64,000 nt of DNA, from assembly GCA_043228905.1 (NCBI GenBank), contig JBHGNT010000013.1, forward strand, positions 10,354,001 to 10,418,000. Reading direction: 5' to 3'. The DNA is from Azolla caroliniana. Lineage: Eukaryota; Plantae; Polypodiophyta. The notes under the pieces were generated by a model, which did not search any database, was not told where the DNA came from, and saw only the letters and a program-made list of their open reading frames with translations. The translations under genes were made by a program, and so were the position numbers. Below are positions 11,911-25,730 of this stretch, piece by piece (within the stretch, counting starts at the first letter, position 1; each line of letters begins with the position of its first letter).

Positions 11911-14900
11911 ATGACTAGGCCAACAGACAACCCGGTTACGAAGAGAGCACGAAGACTTGCTGAACGGAGAAGGCAGAGAGAGGCTTTCCAGCAAGCAACG
12001 GAAGAAATCCGAAAAGATCGATCATTTTCCAAAGTCGCTCCATTTGCAACAAAACGCCTACCCGGACGAAGGAAGCAGCTTAAGCAGTCTCCGGGAAGCT
12101 GAAACCCTTCTCTAGGCCTTGGCCGGAAGAGACGGCGAATCCGAAGCATTTTCAACGCTGGAATCGGATTCGGAAGAGGGTTACAGCACGCACACAAACT
12201 ATCGCAGCAGTAACGACACCCCAAGAGGACCGAAGGACGAGGAGTCGAATACATTACCGACACCGGAACCAGAGTTGGCAGACCGGGAACCTCCGGCACT
12301 AGACGTGGAGCAACCTCCGAAGACGGAAAAAGACCGACAAAGACCTCCGACACCGGAAGTCGAGCCGGCAACACCAAAGGAAGCCCGGCAAAGACCTCTG
12401 ATGCCGATGGATTAGCAAGAAAGACCATCGACACCACCACCCCGCGTAACGACACCAGACGACGACATGTCGTTCCAGTACTCCAAGTATAGGGATGATC
12501 CAGATGCGGAGGCCCATGTTCACGCGTTTCAACAAACATGGGAGGCGAACCATGTGTCACAACGGTTAACCGCGGCAGAAGAGGAACGATCTAAGATAGC
12601 CGAATTCGGCGTGACATTGGAAGGACAGGTCGCCAGATGGCACCGAACGCAGGATCGCAGCACCACCATCACCACCTTTGCGGACTTGAAAGACAAATTC
12701 TTGCACTTCTTCCAAAAGGAGGTGGACCAGCGAGAAATGGTGGGCTTATTTTATACCATCCGGCAGGACCCCGGGGAGAGCATCCCGCGGTTTGTCATCC
12801 GGTTTCAATGGATGCACAGTCAGCTTACCCGCACACCTCCGGAGGAAGAAACGCGGGCTATATTTTTAGCCGCACTCCGAGAACCTCTACAAACGGTATG
12901 CACGGTCATCGACTTTCGCACAAGCACCGTCGACCAAGTCATCGACCAGGCTAGAGAAATGGAGAAAACAAGCTCTTGGCTAACAATGGGAGCCCTCCAA
13001 CGAGCATTACCAACCGATGAGGATCTCCGTTTCCGGCAAGCAATCCAATGTACGACCTGCTTGAATTCCGGACACTCGTGACTGGAGTGCACCATGCGGA
13101 CGCACTGCTTACTCTGCCAATCTACAAGCCACACGATGGACCGGTGTGAATATAACTTATTGAATTGGCAAGCACCACCAATCCGGCAAATCGAGCCACG
13201 TAGCAGCCGAGACGAAGAAGACGAATGCTGGTGGCGAGAGGAGCAATATCGACCGGCACAGGATGTCCGGTACAACAATCGACGAGATAATTACGACCGG
13301 TACAAGAGATATGACAAGTACCGAGATTACAATGGACGGTACGAGCATCACAACCGGGATCACTCCCCCGGTTATCACCAACGACGGGAAGATTACGGGA
13401 GGTATGACGACCAACCCCGGCAAGGGTACCGCAACAAAAAGAACTTTAATAAAAAACAACATTTCAAAAATGGGAGCCACCCACGTGAACCGGAAAAAGG
13501 CGCCTCAAGCAGCCAACCGGACCAGAGCCCCGCGGTTACCACAGGCCCTCCACCGTGTACAGGAAACAATGCCGAACCCAACAATACCCGGAAAGCATAT
13601 TGCTATTATTGCCGGCAAGAAGGACATTACAATAATCAATGTCCGGCAAAGTGCTATGATAAGCGACCGGCAGTAAACATGGTAGTCGCCGAAGTCGCAG
13701 ACCTACAGCAGGTCACCAAAAGGTCGAAGGGCAAGACGATGAAATTGGAGACACAAGAGGCCATCCCGAAACAGGCAACAGAATGGGTGAAAAAGGCAAA
13801 TGAGCGAAACGTAGCAGAACTTGCGCAGCAAAAGGAGAACACCGAAGAGCTTGCTGGCGGCAGTCAATCCGAAAACGCGACATGGCAGGCATTGTAGGAA
13901 TGCCAGATCACGCTGCCGTTAGGATGACTCTTGCATCTAGTACCAAGATTCACAGAAGGACTCAAGTCTCGCATGACGACAGGTGGAACACCACCGGCTC
14001 CGACATTCTTCTCAAATCCGGAGGAGGGATCTGTGGTGGTGGACACCAACAGTCCGGCAATTACTGCCATTCTGAAAGGGAAAGAACTCCCTGGCACGAT
14101 AATAGATGGAGGCTCGGGCATTAATGTAATCAGCTTCCGGACGTGCGATGCTCTTGGAATCCAAGAGTGGGAGCCATATCCGTTCTGGCTCCGAATGGCG
14201 AACACAAGCTCGGTGCAACCGACAGGATTAATACGAGACTTAGAAGTAACCATCGGGGGCCACACATTCCGAATCTCAGCCGTAGTTCTCCAGTTGCAGG
14301 CTCAAGGAGCGTACCCATTATTATTAGGACGCCCTTGCTTAAAGACGACACACATCAAGCAGGACTGGAGGAGGAATATGATTACGTTCCAGCGGGGAAA
14401 AGCGAAGGTACGGGTACCAACACAACCAAGGAAGGGCACCGGCAAGGATCTGACACCGTTATATGCGGAGTGCGTCAATATGCTGGAAGGATTAGCAGAC
14501 GAAGAAGAAGATTAGTACTTGCTGGAAAACCCGAAGATTGTACCCCTATTCGAAATTGATGTCTCTGAAGCGATATCACCCTACTTACTGCAACCAGACA
14601 GAACCAAAGCGGAACCGGATAAAGAAGCAATCCGGGAGTTACGGCAACCACAAGAGGCGTTGGACAGGGAAATGGTCGTATCATAGTGCGTAAAAGTGTC
14701 TCAATTAGAAGAGGTAAATCTAGGAACGGCAGAGGAAGCAAAACCGGTGCACATCGGCAAAGAAATGAATGCAGAGAACAAAACGACGATATTTACACAC
14801 CTCAACGAGTTTCGTGACGTATTTGCCTGGTCTTACGAGGATATAAGAGGCCTGGATCCTCAGTTGTATCAGCACCAGATACATCTGAGTAAAGACGCCA

Positions 14901-17677
14901 AGCCGGTAGCACAGCGTCGGTACCGGATGAACCCAAACTACGCCGCCAAAGTCAAGGAGGAGATCGACAAATTGCTGAGGGTTGGCTTCATCCGTCCCGT
15001 AAAGAAATCTACATGGCTGAGCCCGATCCTAGTCGTACCAAAGAAGAACGGCAAAATTAGAGTTTGTCTCGACTACCGAAAGCTCAATGCGGCAATGGTA
15101 ACAGATGCATTTCCACTTCCGTTTACGGATGGAGTTTTGGATGTCGTCGCCGACCATGAAGTCTACAGTTTCTTAGACGGATTCAGCAGGTATAATCAGA
15201 TTCGGATGCACCCTGATGATCAAGAGAAAACGGCTTTCGTCACCGAATGGGGAGTGTTTATTGATGTGGTGATGATGTTCGGACTAAAAACGGCACCAAC
15301 AACATTCCAATGGATCATCATGGAGATCTTTGGCGAATACATACCGGCCTTTATGCAGGTGTTCCTTGACGACTTCGCAGTCTATAGCAGAGAAGAAGAT
15401 CATTTGCAGCATCTCAAACTATGTCTAGAGAAGTGTAGGGCATACCGGCTAAGCCTGAATCCGGCGAAGTGTGTATTTGGAGTATCCAATGGAACGCTAC
15501 TAGGGCATATTGTGAGCAAGGAAGGCATTGTCGTAGATCCGGACAAAGTGAAAGCAATCATGGAAGCACCGGCACCAGCAACGGCAAAGGCATTGAGCCA
15601 TTTCTTAGGACAAATCCGTTGGCATAGCCATATGCTCTTATATTTGACGGACCTGGCTACACCTCTGCATGCGGCAGTACACCGAACACCGTTCCAATGG
15701 ACAGACGTCGAAGACAAGGCGTACCGAGCACTAAAGGTGTTATTGTCACAAGCACCCGTAGTGCAGCCTCCGGATTGGAGTAAAGAGTTTCATGTGTTCG
15801 TGGACGCCTCCGACATCGCAATCGGTAGCACGCTCATGCAGCTTACGGAGCCAAGGTGGTACCGACCAGTGTACTATGCCAGCCGGAAGCTATCCCAAGC
15901 GGAACGAAATTATTCTACCACGGAAAGGGAAGCTTTAGGAATGATCTATAGTGTAACAAAATTCAGGCATTATTTATTGGGAAGAAAGTTCTCCTTCCAT
16001 GTAGATCATTCGGCACTCCTCTACCTAGTATCCAAAGCGTCACTTACCGGTAAGTTGGCCCGGTGGACCTTGCTGTTGCAGGAGTTCGAATTCGAGATAT
16101 TCCACCGACCCGGCATACAGCATGCGGTAGCAGATTATCTAAGCTGGTTAGATTCCTGGGAGACGGGTGATGGGGTACTGGACGAGTTTCCGGATGTAGA
16201 GCTTTTTCGAGTCACCACGGAAACGGAAATAGATGAAACGATGGCACAAGAATATAAGTGGCTAACTAATATGCACCAGTTTCTGAGTACTGGATTGCCT
16301 CCGGATGAGATGAACGGGAATGCGAGAAAACGTCTGGCGGTACAGAGCCGACACTTCTGTTTATTGCAGGACACGCTATACCACAAAGGTGCGGACGGTA
16401 TCTGGCGACGAGCGGTGCGTAGCGACGAGAAGGAGGTAATACTACGGGAGGCACACTGCGGAGTCGTCGGAGGTCATTATGCCGGAGATGCGACGACAAG
16501 GAAAATATGGCAAAGTGGCCTATGGTGGCCGACAACATTGAAAGATGCAGTCCGGCATGCGAAAGAGTGTGATCTATGCCAGCGAATGGGTTAGCCAATG
16601 GAGCAAGCTCGGATGCCACACTAGTCGGTCCTACCACTAGAACCATTCCAGAAATGGGGGCTGGATTTTGTCGGGCCATTTAAACCACCGGCAATGAGAA
16701 CCAGTAACCGGTACGTGATCGTCGTGACGGATTACTGCACTAAGTGGGTGGAAGCGAAAGCCCTACGAGACAACATCGCCGCGTCAACGACGAAATTCTT
16801 ATACGAATGCATTTGGTGCCGGTACGGATGCCCCATAGAGCTGATAAGCGACCAAGGAGGGTACTTTCTTGGACAGGTGGTAGAAAGTTTGACGACGTTC
16901 TATGCGGTAGTACATAAACGAAGCACATCGTACTATCCGCAAGCAAATGGGTTAGCTGAGTCGACGAACAAAACGCTCCAGAATATCCTCTGGAAAATCG
17001 TCAACGAAAACCGAATGGATTGGGATACGAAGCTGCATAGTGCGCTCTGGGCCTACCGAACAGCGTACAAAACAAGCATCCGAACAACACCGTTCCGATT
17101 AGCATTCGGATTAGAGGCAGTCATGTCGGTCGAGTTCCAGGTACCAAGCTTACGGATTCAGATTCGGGAACGACTCAATGAAAAAGAATCGGAGGCAATT
17201 CGGTTAAAGGCTCTGTGTGAACTAGAAGAACACCGACTGGCGAGCATCATGCACCTGGAATTGGAACAACGGCGACGGAAAGCGTTTGTAGATCGTCACC
17301 GAAAGGGAAATGAAAAGATGTTCGAAATCGGCAAGCCGGTACTAGTGTTCCAGACCCGGATGGGTAAAATGCCAGGCAAACTACGGTTTAGATGGACCGG
17401 ACCGTACTGGATCACACGCGAGTTCAATGGATCCTACCAGTTAGGGACACTTGCTGGCGAAGTGCAGGGTAAATGGGTCAACGGATTTAGACTAAAACCA
17501 TACAAAGGACCTATGCCCAATAACCCATTTGAACGAAGGGCCGCCACCGAATCAGACGCCGGCAGGCCAACCACGACGGCAACCCGTGAGGAAAATGGCT
17601 ACCACCAAGCCGGCAACCGGGGAAAGCGTAATGACGGCAAACCGTCAAGAGGTCGGCAAGGTGCGCGTTTCGGGTAA
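11911..17677 (+). pseudogene. gag-pol: Element G gag-pol (Gag, protease, RT, RNase H, integrase with GPY/F motif), several nonsense codons
   Basis: ORFs 12467-13081, 13094-13897, 13931-14515 (IIDGGSG), 14696-16594 (FLDD, VDASD, HHCC finger) and 16694-17677 (SDQG, PQANG, WTGPY). Confidence 0.93.
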
Positions 17678-17819
17678 GGGTCCGTTAGGACCGGAGAAAA
17701 ATTAAGTACACAATTTACTTTACAAAAAAAAAAAGAAAAAAAAAATTCAAATAAAGGAGTGGTGGAAACGGCCATGCAAACGAGGAGTAAAGAGGCACGT
17801 CGAAAAGGTACGAGGGGCT

Positions 17820-20410
17820 ATGAATAGGACATTTAACCACCGCCACATGGCACGCAATGCTATTATAGTACACGACCTGCACATGCGGAGGCTCGAAAAA
17901 GGTGCCAAGATGCTATTCCGCGAAATTGCCCGTGCACTCCATGAGTTCGGCCATGTGTACCCTTGACCCCCTGTCATGCCTCAGAACCGAGCAGGCTTGA
18001 TCATCGCAACGTACGAAGGGGTCAAGGTAGATTGGCCGGTGTTGATCGTCGTCGGGTTGTGTACGGCCATTGATATAGTAAGAGGAAAATATGGCATGCG
18101 GTGACACAATGGCTCACCCTGTTGGCGCCACCGGTCGAGCCCGTCCAAACCAAGAAGCGGGGAAGAGCAACGGACGGCACCCCGAAACCTGCTTCGAAAT
18201 GGCAACAACTATTGGCCTCCAAGGCCACTAAGGTGAAGACGGTCGATGCAGAGAAGGCGGCAAAGGAGCGCGCCAGCCGAAAGCGGCCAACGGATGCAAG
18301 CGAGGAGACACCGGCACGGCCCGTGAAGAGCCCACTTCACTGACCGGTGCAACAAGAAACGGACACCATGGCGGCAAGAACGAATGTCGGGACTCAAGCG
18401 GAGGAAATGGAGGAAGAACCCAAGGAGCACCTCCAGCAGCGGCCGGTGAAGAGCACCGTTGAATCAGCTGGGAAGCGTTCAGACCCACAGAAGGAGGGAA
18501 CACCTGCAACTCACGCTGAGCATCCCACGCCAAGGGAGGTACCGGAACTGGTTCGGAGGGAGCCGGTCACAGAAGTCCTTGCGCAACAGGCAACACCGGC
18601 AAGCCCCGTAACTCAAGAGCCGGATATACAAAGGCCAACCTTCCCAGCCGGCCAAGAACAAGCAGACAAGGGGCGGCTAGCCGAAACACACTCAGAGCCG
18701 GAACGGCAAAGTGGTCAGCTGGCAGAACTAGAGGCGCAACTCGACGTAGTAAAGCGGGACCAGCCACCGGGGAGTGAACCCATCAGCCAACTCTCCGTGC
18801 AAGTGCAACAACAGTGCACCGGCAGCCAATGGCTCCGGTGGATAGGAGAACAAATTGCTGGAGTAGTCGGATGCATAGAGGCGGAGGAAAGAGCGCAAAC
18901 GGAACAATTGCTCGTCACAACCGATGAACTGGAGACGGCCCGGTCAAGGATCCCGTGCCTCGAACAAGACTTGGATCGGATCACAAGAGATATGGCCAAA
19001 ATGGCCTTAACCGCAACGCAGATCCAAGCACCGGTGACTCCGGTTGATGTACAGAGGAATAAGACCCCGGAGACACAAACTGTCCCGAAGAAAGATGCGG
19101 CGCAAGCCCAAGAGCTTGCGGAATTACGAGATGAGCTCACCGCACAAGAAGCATTACGGAGCCGCGAACGCGACTTGAAGAAGGCGGCCGAAGAAGAATT
19201 AAAAAAGACTGCTGAGAACCTTCGCCGGGCAGAGGAAAACCTGCGTAAAGGACATCATGCTTACGACCGGCTGAAGGAGGAAAAAGAGAAATTGCTGCAG
19301 GAAAAAGACAAGCTGCGACGGATGGCGGAGACGGAAATTGAGAGGCTGAAGGAGGAGCTCCGTCAACAGAAGGACCGGGAGGACCGTGCGCGCCGGCAGA
19401 TCAACCAAAGGCTAAAGCAGAAGACCGATGATTTCGATCATCTGCATCGGGATTACAAGCAGCTGGAGACGGAGTATAAGCAGCAGCAGGAACGGATGGC
19501 CGAGCTCCGGCAAGAAGTTGATAGGGCCACAACCGCACTCGCCGAAGAACGAGCGGAAAGTTCCAGACTATTGGAGGAAGCGGCGAATGACCGGATGGAG
19601 CTCCACAAACAGAACCATGAAGACAAGGAAAGAAGGACAATGGTATTACAGAGGTTGCAAACAACCTATCAAAATCAATTGTCGCATTATAGGGAGCAGG
19701 AGGCGGACACGGTTCGGATCATCAAGCAATTGAAGGAAGAGCGACAAGCTGCAGAAAATAAATCACAGATGGGAGCCGAACGGATCCAGTGCATCCTCCG
19801 ATCATGGCTCACTAAGACCAAAAGCTTGATTGATGACAGCTATGTGCGTTGGTGGGCGAAATGGGCGCAGAATATGGCGGAACTCCAATTGCTTCGGGCG
19901 GACGTGGAAAACCGACAAAAGGAGGGCAATGACTATTATACGCTAACCTCGGAGGACTTCACCACCATAAGGGATGAGCTGGCCAAAGATTTCACAGCCC
20001 TGGCGGATGAACAACTGGTACAGGTCCGGTAGCTCGTAGCTCAACTGGACGACGATCGGCTGGAGGCTCAAATCCAGTTCGAGAGCTATGAGCGGTCCCG
20101 GCTGCGGGAAGAAAAAGCGAGAAATGCGGCAACGGTCAACCTTAGTGATGAGGAACCGTCGCTGGTGCAAGGACCAGACGAGGACCAGGTCGGGGTCAGT
20201 CAGCCACAGACAACTCCGACGGAGGAACCAACGAAGGAAATGCTGGTGCCAGATCAACAAACGGAGCCGCAACCCCAAACAGAGCAGCAGCCATAGCCAC
20301 AAACGGAACAACAGCAATAGCAACAGCAGCCACAACAGCAACAACAGATTCCCGACGAGCCATTGGAAATTTTAGAGCAAAGCATTCTGGACATTTTGGA
20401 CGAAGCGTAA
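17820..20410 (+). pseudogene. Element G extra ORF3: conserved N-terminal domain, long coiled coil and acidic tail
   Basis: ATG at 17820; FREIARAL...MPQ...IIATYEGVKVDW; 561-aa E/K/Q/R-rich ORF 18347-20032; in-frame continuation ends ILDILDEA* at 20410. Confidence 0.75.
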
Positions 20411-20423
20411 AAGGGTCGGATAA

Positions 20424-20462
20424 TGGGTTCGACGTACAAGGTACTGTCCCACGGGCGTGCCA
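20424..20462 (+). other. tRNA-Arg 3'-end-like motif (inverted PBS) at the PPT position of element G
   Basis: TGGGTTCGACGTACAAGGTACTGTCCCACGGGCGTGCCA ends 2 nt before the 3' LTR; no purine tract is present. Confidence 0.85.
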
Positions 20463-20931
20463 TGTGTTACCGACTGGCAAGAAGGCTTAAGGAGGTCCAA
20501 ATCAGAGTGTGAAACGGAATAGTTTATTCGGGAACTGTTGTAATTAGTAATCTTAATATAGATATTAATATATGAGAAGATGTGCACGGACGGATCGGAA
20601 TCGGTATGCCGATCCAGATCCGGAACAATCCCGTAAAGGTGCCGGTTGGCACCGTTTTGTATTTCACACCGGAGACCTATATAAAGGCCCGGTTATAATG
20701 TAATCAGGAGCGGATAATTAATAGAGCTTATTGTCTTAATCTTCCAGTTTTGATTACTGTTCTGTATTCATTGTTATATCTTACACGTGTTAATTACGAA
20801 TTGCTAAGTAACCAATTAAGGTCTAATTAAGCGTTGTGTCGTAAGTCATTCTGTCGTACCACCCTTTGGTGAAGTGTCGTAAGTGGACACCCTGTGTTAG
20901 GCTGTTGTCCGGCCCTAAGAATAACAACCGT

Positions 20932-23900
20932 TACCGAAACGACAACCGACGGAGATTGGACGACCGCCGTGATCGCTATCACGATGACCAGTATCGGGCA
21001 AACGACGATTATGATCGGAATGAAGATGATCAGGATGACTGATACAATCAAAGAAATTCCCGTCATGATCGGCGCAACTCTCACAGAGGATCGCGCAACA
21101 ACAGAACGAATAACGACAACCGTCATCGGGACAACCCGCAAAATGAACCACGCAGCTCAAACGCGCCCTGGACCAACCCACCAACACACGAGGCCGGGAA
21201 ATAACCGCACCCCCCCACACACACAGATCGGGCTGGCACCAGCAACTCGGTCGTCGTTACCTGCTTCAAGTGCAACCAACCTGGGCACTACGCTATGCAA
21301 TGCCCAACAACAGACCATGGAAAGGCTCCTGTCGTGAATAGTATTATGGCCGACATGCAAAATGTCACAACACGTAGTAAAGCCCAGGCCACCCCATGGC
21401 AAGTACAGGATGAAGTCCGGCAAGCAGCCAAAGAATGGATGGATACAGCCAACAAAAACAATGTGGTGCGGATGCAAACAGAAATGGGAGACGCGACCAT
21501 TGGAGCAACACAGTCATCGGCACCATCCACGTTGACAGAAGATGACCAGTTGTGGGACACCCTTACCAGTTCCAAGATCTCCCTGCCTCTGCATAAACTT
21601 TTACCACTCATGTCGCGGTTTCGGGACACCTTGGCTACACTCACGGCCAACACCCATTCCACCGCGCCACCTGTGCACCTGACCTAGCCAGGAACGGGTC
21701 CACCCCTCATGGATGCGCAGAATCCAGCCATAAAAATTATGATTAAAGGAAGGGACATGCACGGGTGCATAATCAACGGCGGCTTTGGCATGAATATCAT
21801 CAACGAGGCTACCTGTCATAAACTCGGCCTGACTCAATGGGAACCTTGCCCCTTTTGGCTTCGGATGACCGACACACGATCGGTTCGCCCCATCGGATTA
21901 ATCCGCCACCTTGCCTTCACTCTTGGAGGCCACATGTTCACTATCTCGGCCGTTGTATTACGACTCGAAGCACAGGGGGCTTACCCAATGTTACTGCGCA
22001 AACCATGGTTGCGCACAACAAATATCAAACAACATTGGCAGCACAACATGATATCATTTCGCCGAGGAAAGACCAAGGTCCGGATCATAACCAAAGAACG
22101 CGTAACCACGCCCCACAACACCTCGCCGTTATACGCAGAAGGGGTGCACATGCTCGACGGATTAGCCGATGACGAGGTGGATGACTTCCTAGAAGACCAT
22201 CCCACTATCATACCTCTCTTCGAAATCGACGCCATGTCGGCCGTCAGCACACCTCTAGACGAGGAGGTCACGGTGAATACACCTCCCCAGGATGAGCCCG
22301 ATCCCACCACCATCGCAGAATTACGACACGCTCGGGATGCTTTTGAACGTGAACTCGCCATCTCCCAACGAGTAAAGGCATCAACACTCGAAACACTGAA
22401 CCTCATTTCAGACGAGAACCCTTGCACCCTACAGATTGCTAATAACTTACCAGTCGGGGAACGAGCAACCCTCATACACTTACTCACTGATTACCAGGAT
22501 GTATTCGCATGGTCTTACACGGATATGAAGGGTTTAGACCCTCAATACTACCAACACCAGATACATCTTCTCCCGGACGCTCGGCCGGTTCAGCAAAGAC
22601 GATACCGGATGAACCCCAATTATGCGGCTAAGGTCAAGGAAGAAATAGACAAGCCCTCCGAGTTGGGTTCATACGACCTGTAAAATGTGCCACATGGTTA
22701 AGCCCAATCGTAGTCATCCCCAAGAAAAACGGGAAAATCCAAGTTTGCGTTGACTACCGCAAGCTTAATGCTGCAACGGTCACGGATGGATTCCCTCTCC
22801 TGTTCACGGATAGCGTTCTCGACACGGTGGCAAGTCACGAATGCTACAGCTTTCTAGACGGGTTCAGCGGTTACAACCAAATCAAAATTCACCCGGATGA
22901 TCAGGAGAAAACAACATTTGTCACGGAATGGGGTGTTTTCGTGGCAGAAGTAATGATGTTCGGTTTAAAAACGGCGCCGACCACGTTCCAACGCATCATC
23001 ACCGAAATTTTTAACAAGTATATCCTGGCGTTCATGCAAGTTTTTCTTGATGACTTCGCCGTATATGGTCAGCGACAGGAACACATGACCCAGTTACGTC
23101 TCTGTCTTGATCGATGTCGCCAGGCTCAGTTAAGTTTAAACCCGGCAAAATGTGCATTCTTGGTCACAAGTGGCAACCTACTTGGGCATATCGTCAGTCA
23201 AGAAGGTATCGCCATGGACCCGGATAAAGTACAAGCCATCCTAAATGCCCCCGCACCCTCGAACGCAAAAGGCCTCAGCCGATTTCTGGGACAAATCAGA
23301 TGGCACAACCGGATGATACGCCACCTGGCCGATTTCGCGACAACACCACACACGGCGGTGCATCGACTCCCCTTTCAATGGACTTCAATCGAGGAAGAGG
23401 CTTACCACGGACTGAAATTAATGCTCTCACATGCCCCAGTTGTACAGCCCTCGATATGGTCGGAACCTTTTCACGTCTTCGTGGATGCATCAGATATCGC
23501 CATCAGGAGCGCACTTATGCAATGCACGACCCCAAATTGGTATCGGCTAGTGTATTATGCTAGCCGATGTCTCTCGGCCACGGAAAAGAACTATTCAACC
23601 ACTGAACGAGAGGCCCTCGGTATGATCTACAGCATTAGTAAATTTCAGCATTACCTCTTAGGCCGAAAATTCACATTTCACATCGATCACTCAACCCTCC
23701 TTTACCTGGTCAATAAACAAGCCCTGACAGGTCGACTGGCTCGATGGATGCTCCTATTACAAGAGTTTGATTTTCATATACAACATCGACCCGGAGTCCA
23801 ACACGCCGTCGCTGACTACCTAAGCCGCCTCGAATCAGGAGACCCTACCAAGCCCACGTATGACAATTTACCCGATGCCGGCCTATTTCATCTCACAACG

Positions 23901-25250
23901 TTGCCAGACGCCAAAGAAGATGAATGGATCACGGATATGACCCATTTCCTTAGTATTGGCTTGCCTCCCGACCACATGGCCCTCGATGTACGGAAACGAC
24001 TCGCAGTACGTAGCCGCAACTTTTATCTCATTTCCAACATCTTCTACCACAAAGGCTCGGACGGAATATGGCGTCGGGCCATTCGACAATTCGAGAAGAA
24101 GGCCATCCTCCAAGAGGCCCACCTAGGAGTCGTCGGTGGACACTACACCGGAGAGTCCACGGCAAGGAAAGTATGGCAAAGTGGGTTATGGTGGCCTACA
24201 ACAAAAAAGGATGCCCACGAGTTCTGCCGACAGTGCGACTTGTGCCAACGGTTGGGACAACCAATGGAACAATCTCGAATGCCACATCAACCCATTCTTC
24301 CATTGGAACCATTTCAAAAATGGGGGTTAGATTTTGTGGGACCCTTCAAACCAGTCGTGGCCCGAACCGGTAATAAGTATATCATCGTGGCCACGAACTA
24401 CTGCACAAAATGGGTCGAGGCAAAGGCTTTACGAGACAACATGGCAGCATCCACAGCCAAATTCGTGTACGAACATCTCTAGTGCCGTTATGGATGCCCA
24501 ATTGAGCTCGTTAGTGACCAAGGTGGGCACTTTATAAATCATATAATACGCGAGCTTACGACACACTACGCGGTGGTACATAAGAAAAGTACACCATACT
24601 ACCCGCAGGCAAACAGATTGGCAGAATCGATTAACAAAATTCTCCAAACAATCCTAAAGAAGATCGTCAACGAGAACCGCACCGATTGGGATGACAAGCT
24701 CCAGAGTGCACTATGGGCTTATCGCACTACATTCAAAACGAGCATTCAATCCACCCCCTTTCGGATGGCTTTTGGTCTCGAAGCCATTATGCCCATCGAG
24801 TTCCAAGTTCCGAATCTTTGAGTTCAAGTTAAAGCACGGCTCCCTGAGGCCCAATCCGAACAATTGAGGCTGGAACAACTCCTTGAACTTGGCGAGAACT
24901 GAGTAGCGAGCATGGCCCAACTTGAACAGCGCCAACGACAACGGAAAGCCTTTGTGGACCAACATCAGAAAGGATTGGAACAAGAATTGACCATAAGCAA
25001 ACCGGTCCTCGTTTTCCAAACGCGACTCGGTGCTATGCCAAGAAAGTTACGATTTCGATGGACCGGCCCCTTCTGAATTATTGACGAGTTTAATGGCACG
25101 TTCCAGCTCAGCACCCTCGTCGGGGAAATTGTCAAAAGCTGGGTGAATGGATTCCGACTGTGACCATACCAGGGAAATACCCCAGCCAACCCTTTCGCCG
25201 AGTCTCACGGCACGGACAATGCCACGAAGGAGGCCACGCGTCCCCCTAGG
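20932..25250 (+). pseudogene. gag-pol: Element C gag 3' part and pol
   Basis: Third knuckle CFKCNQPGHYAMQC, protease 21709-22683, RT-RNase H-integrase 22827-24482 and onward; collinear with G pol. Confidence 0.92.
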
Positions 25251-25730
25251 TAAGAACCCACCAACATTCCAAAGTAGACATTAGGTAGGATTAGGCATAG
25301 TTTTAGCAATTAGTTAGTTCCACCTACACCACCTACCAAATCACCCAAATCACATGATGTTTAGAGGCACACATTAGTCACTTTCACATTCACTTAAGTA
25401 TCTAAAGGCACATGCACAACATCCAAGGCAAAGCACTAACTCCCTAGGACACGTGGCCATAATATCCTATTATGGCACCCACGCCCAAGAATCTCCAGGC
25501 TCCTCTTCATGCACAAAACCCTAGGCGTTCACTAAAAAACAGTTACCCCAAGCCCACCCCACACACAGACGTTTTCTTGCACACCCAGCTTTCATCGCTC
25601 TCACGCTCTCAAGCCTCCTCTCGCTCTCAGCGCTTTCATCGCTCCCACCATTCTTGCTCAGAAGCCCTCTCTTGTCCTCATAGCCCCTTTGCCGCACCAC
25701 AACCATCTCCTTCCCTCACTCTGTCTCGGC

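Larger units (their letters stand above)
11397..20926 (+). mobile_element. Element G: full-length degenerate Athila/Tat-related gypsy with extra ORF3, related to host C
   Basis: TSD ACCGT; LTRs 11397-11855 and 20465-20926, highly similar; PBS TGGCAACCAC at 11863 (TGGCGACCAC tRNA-Arg type with one change). Confidence 0.95.

Noticed and set aside
18347-20032. Host myosin/SMC-like gene
   Set aside because: It lies between pol and the 3' LTR of G, has a counterpart in C, and shows only generic coiled-coil composition.
11397-20926. G, C and H simply being minus-strand elements, making the 3' motif an ordinary PBS
   Set aside because: gag-pol and LTR TATA boxes of G and C are on the plus strand, and the opposite end of all three also carries a PBS rather than a PPT, so neither orientation gives a canonical layout.
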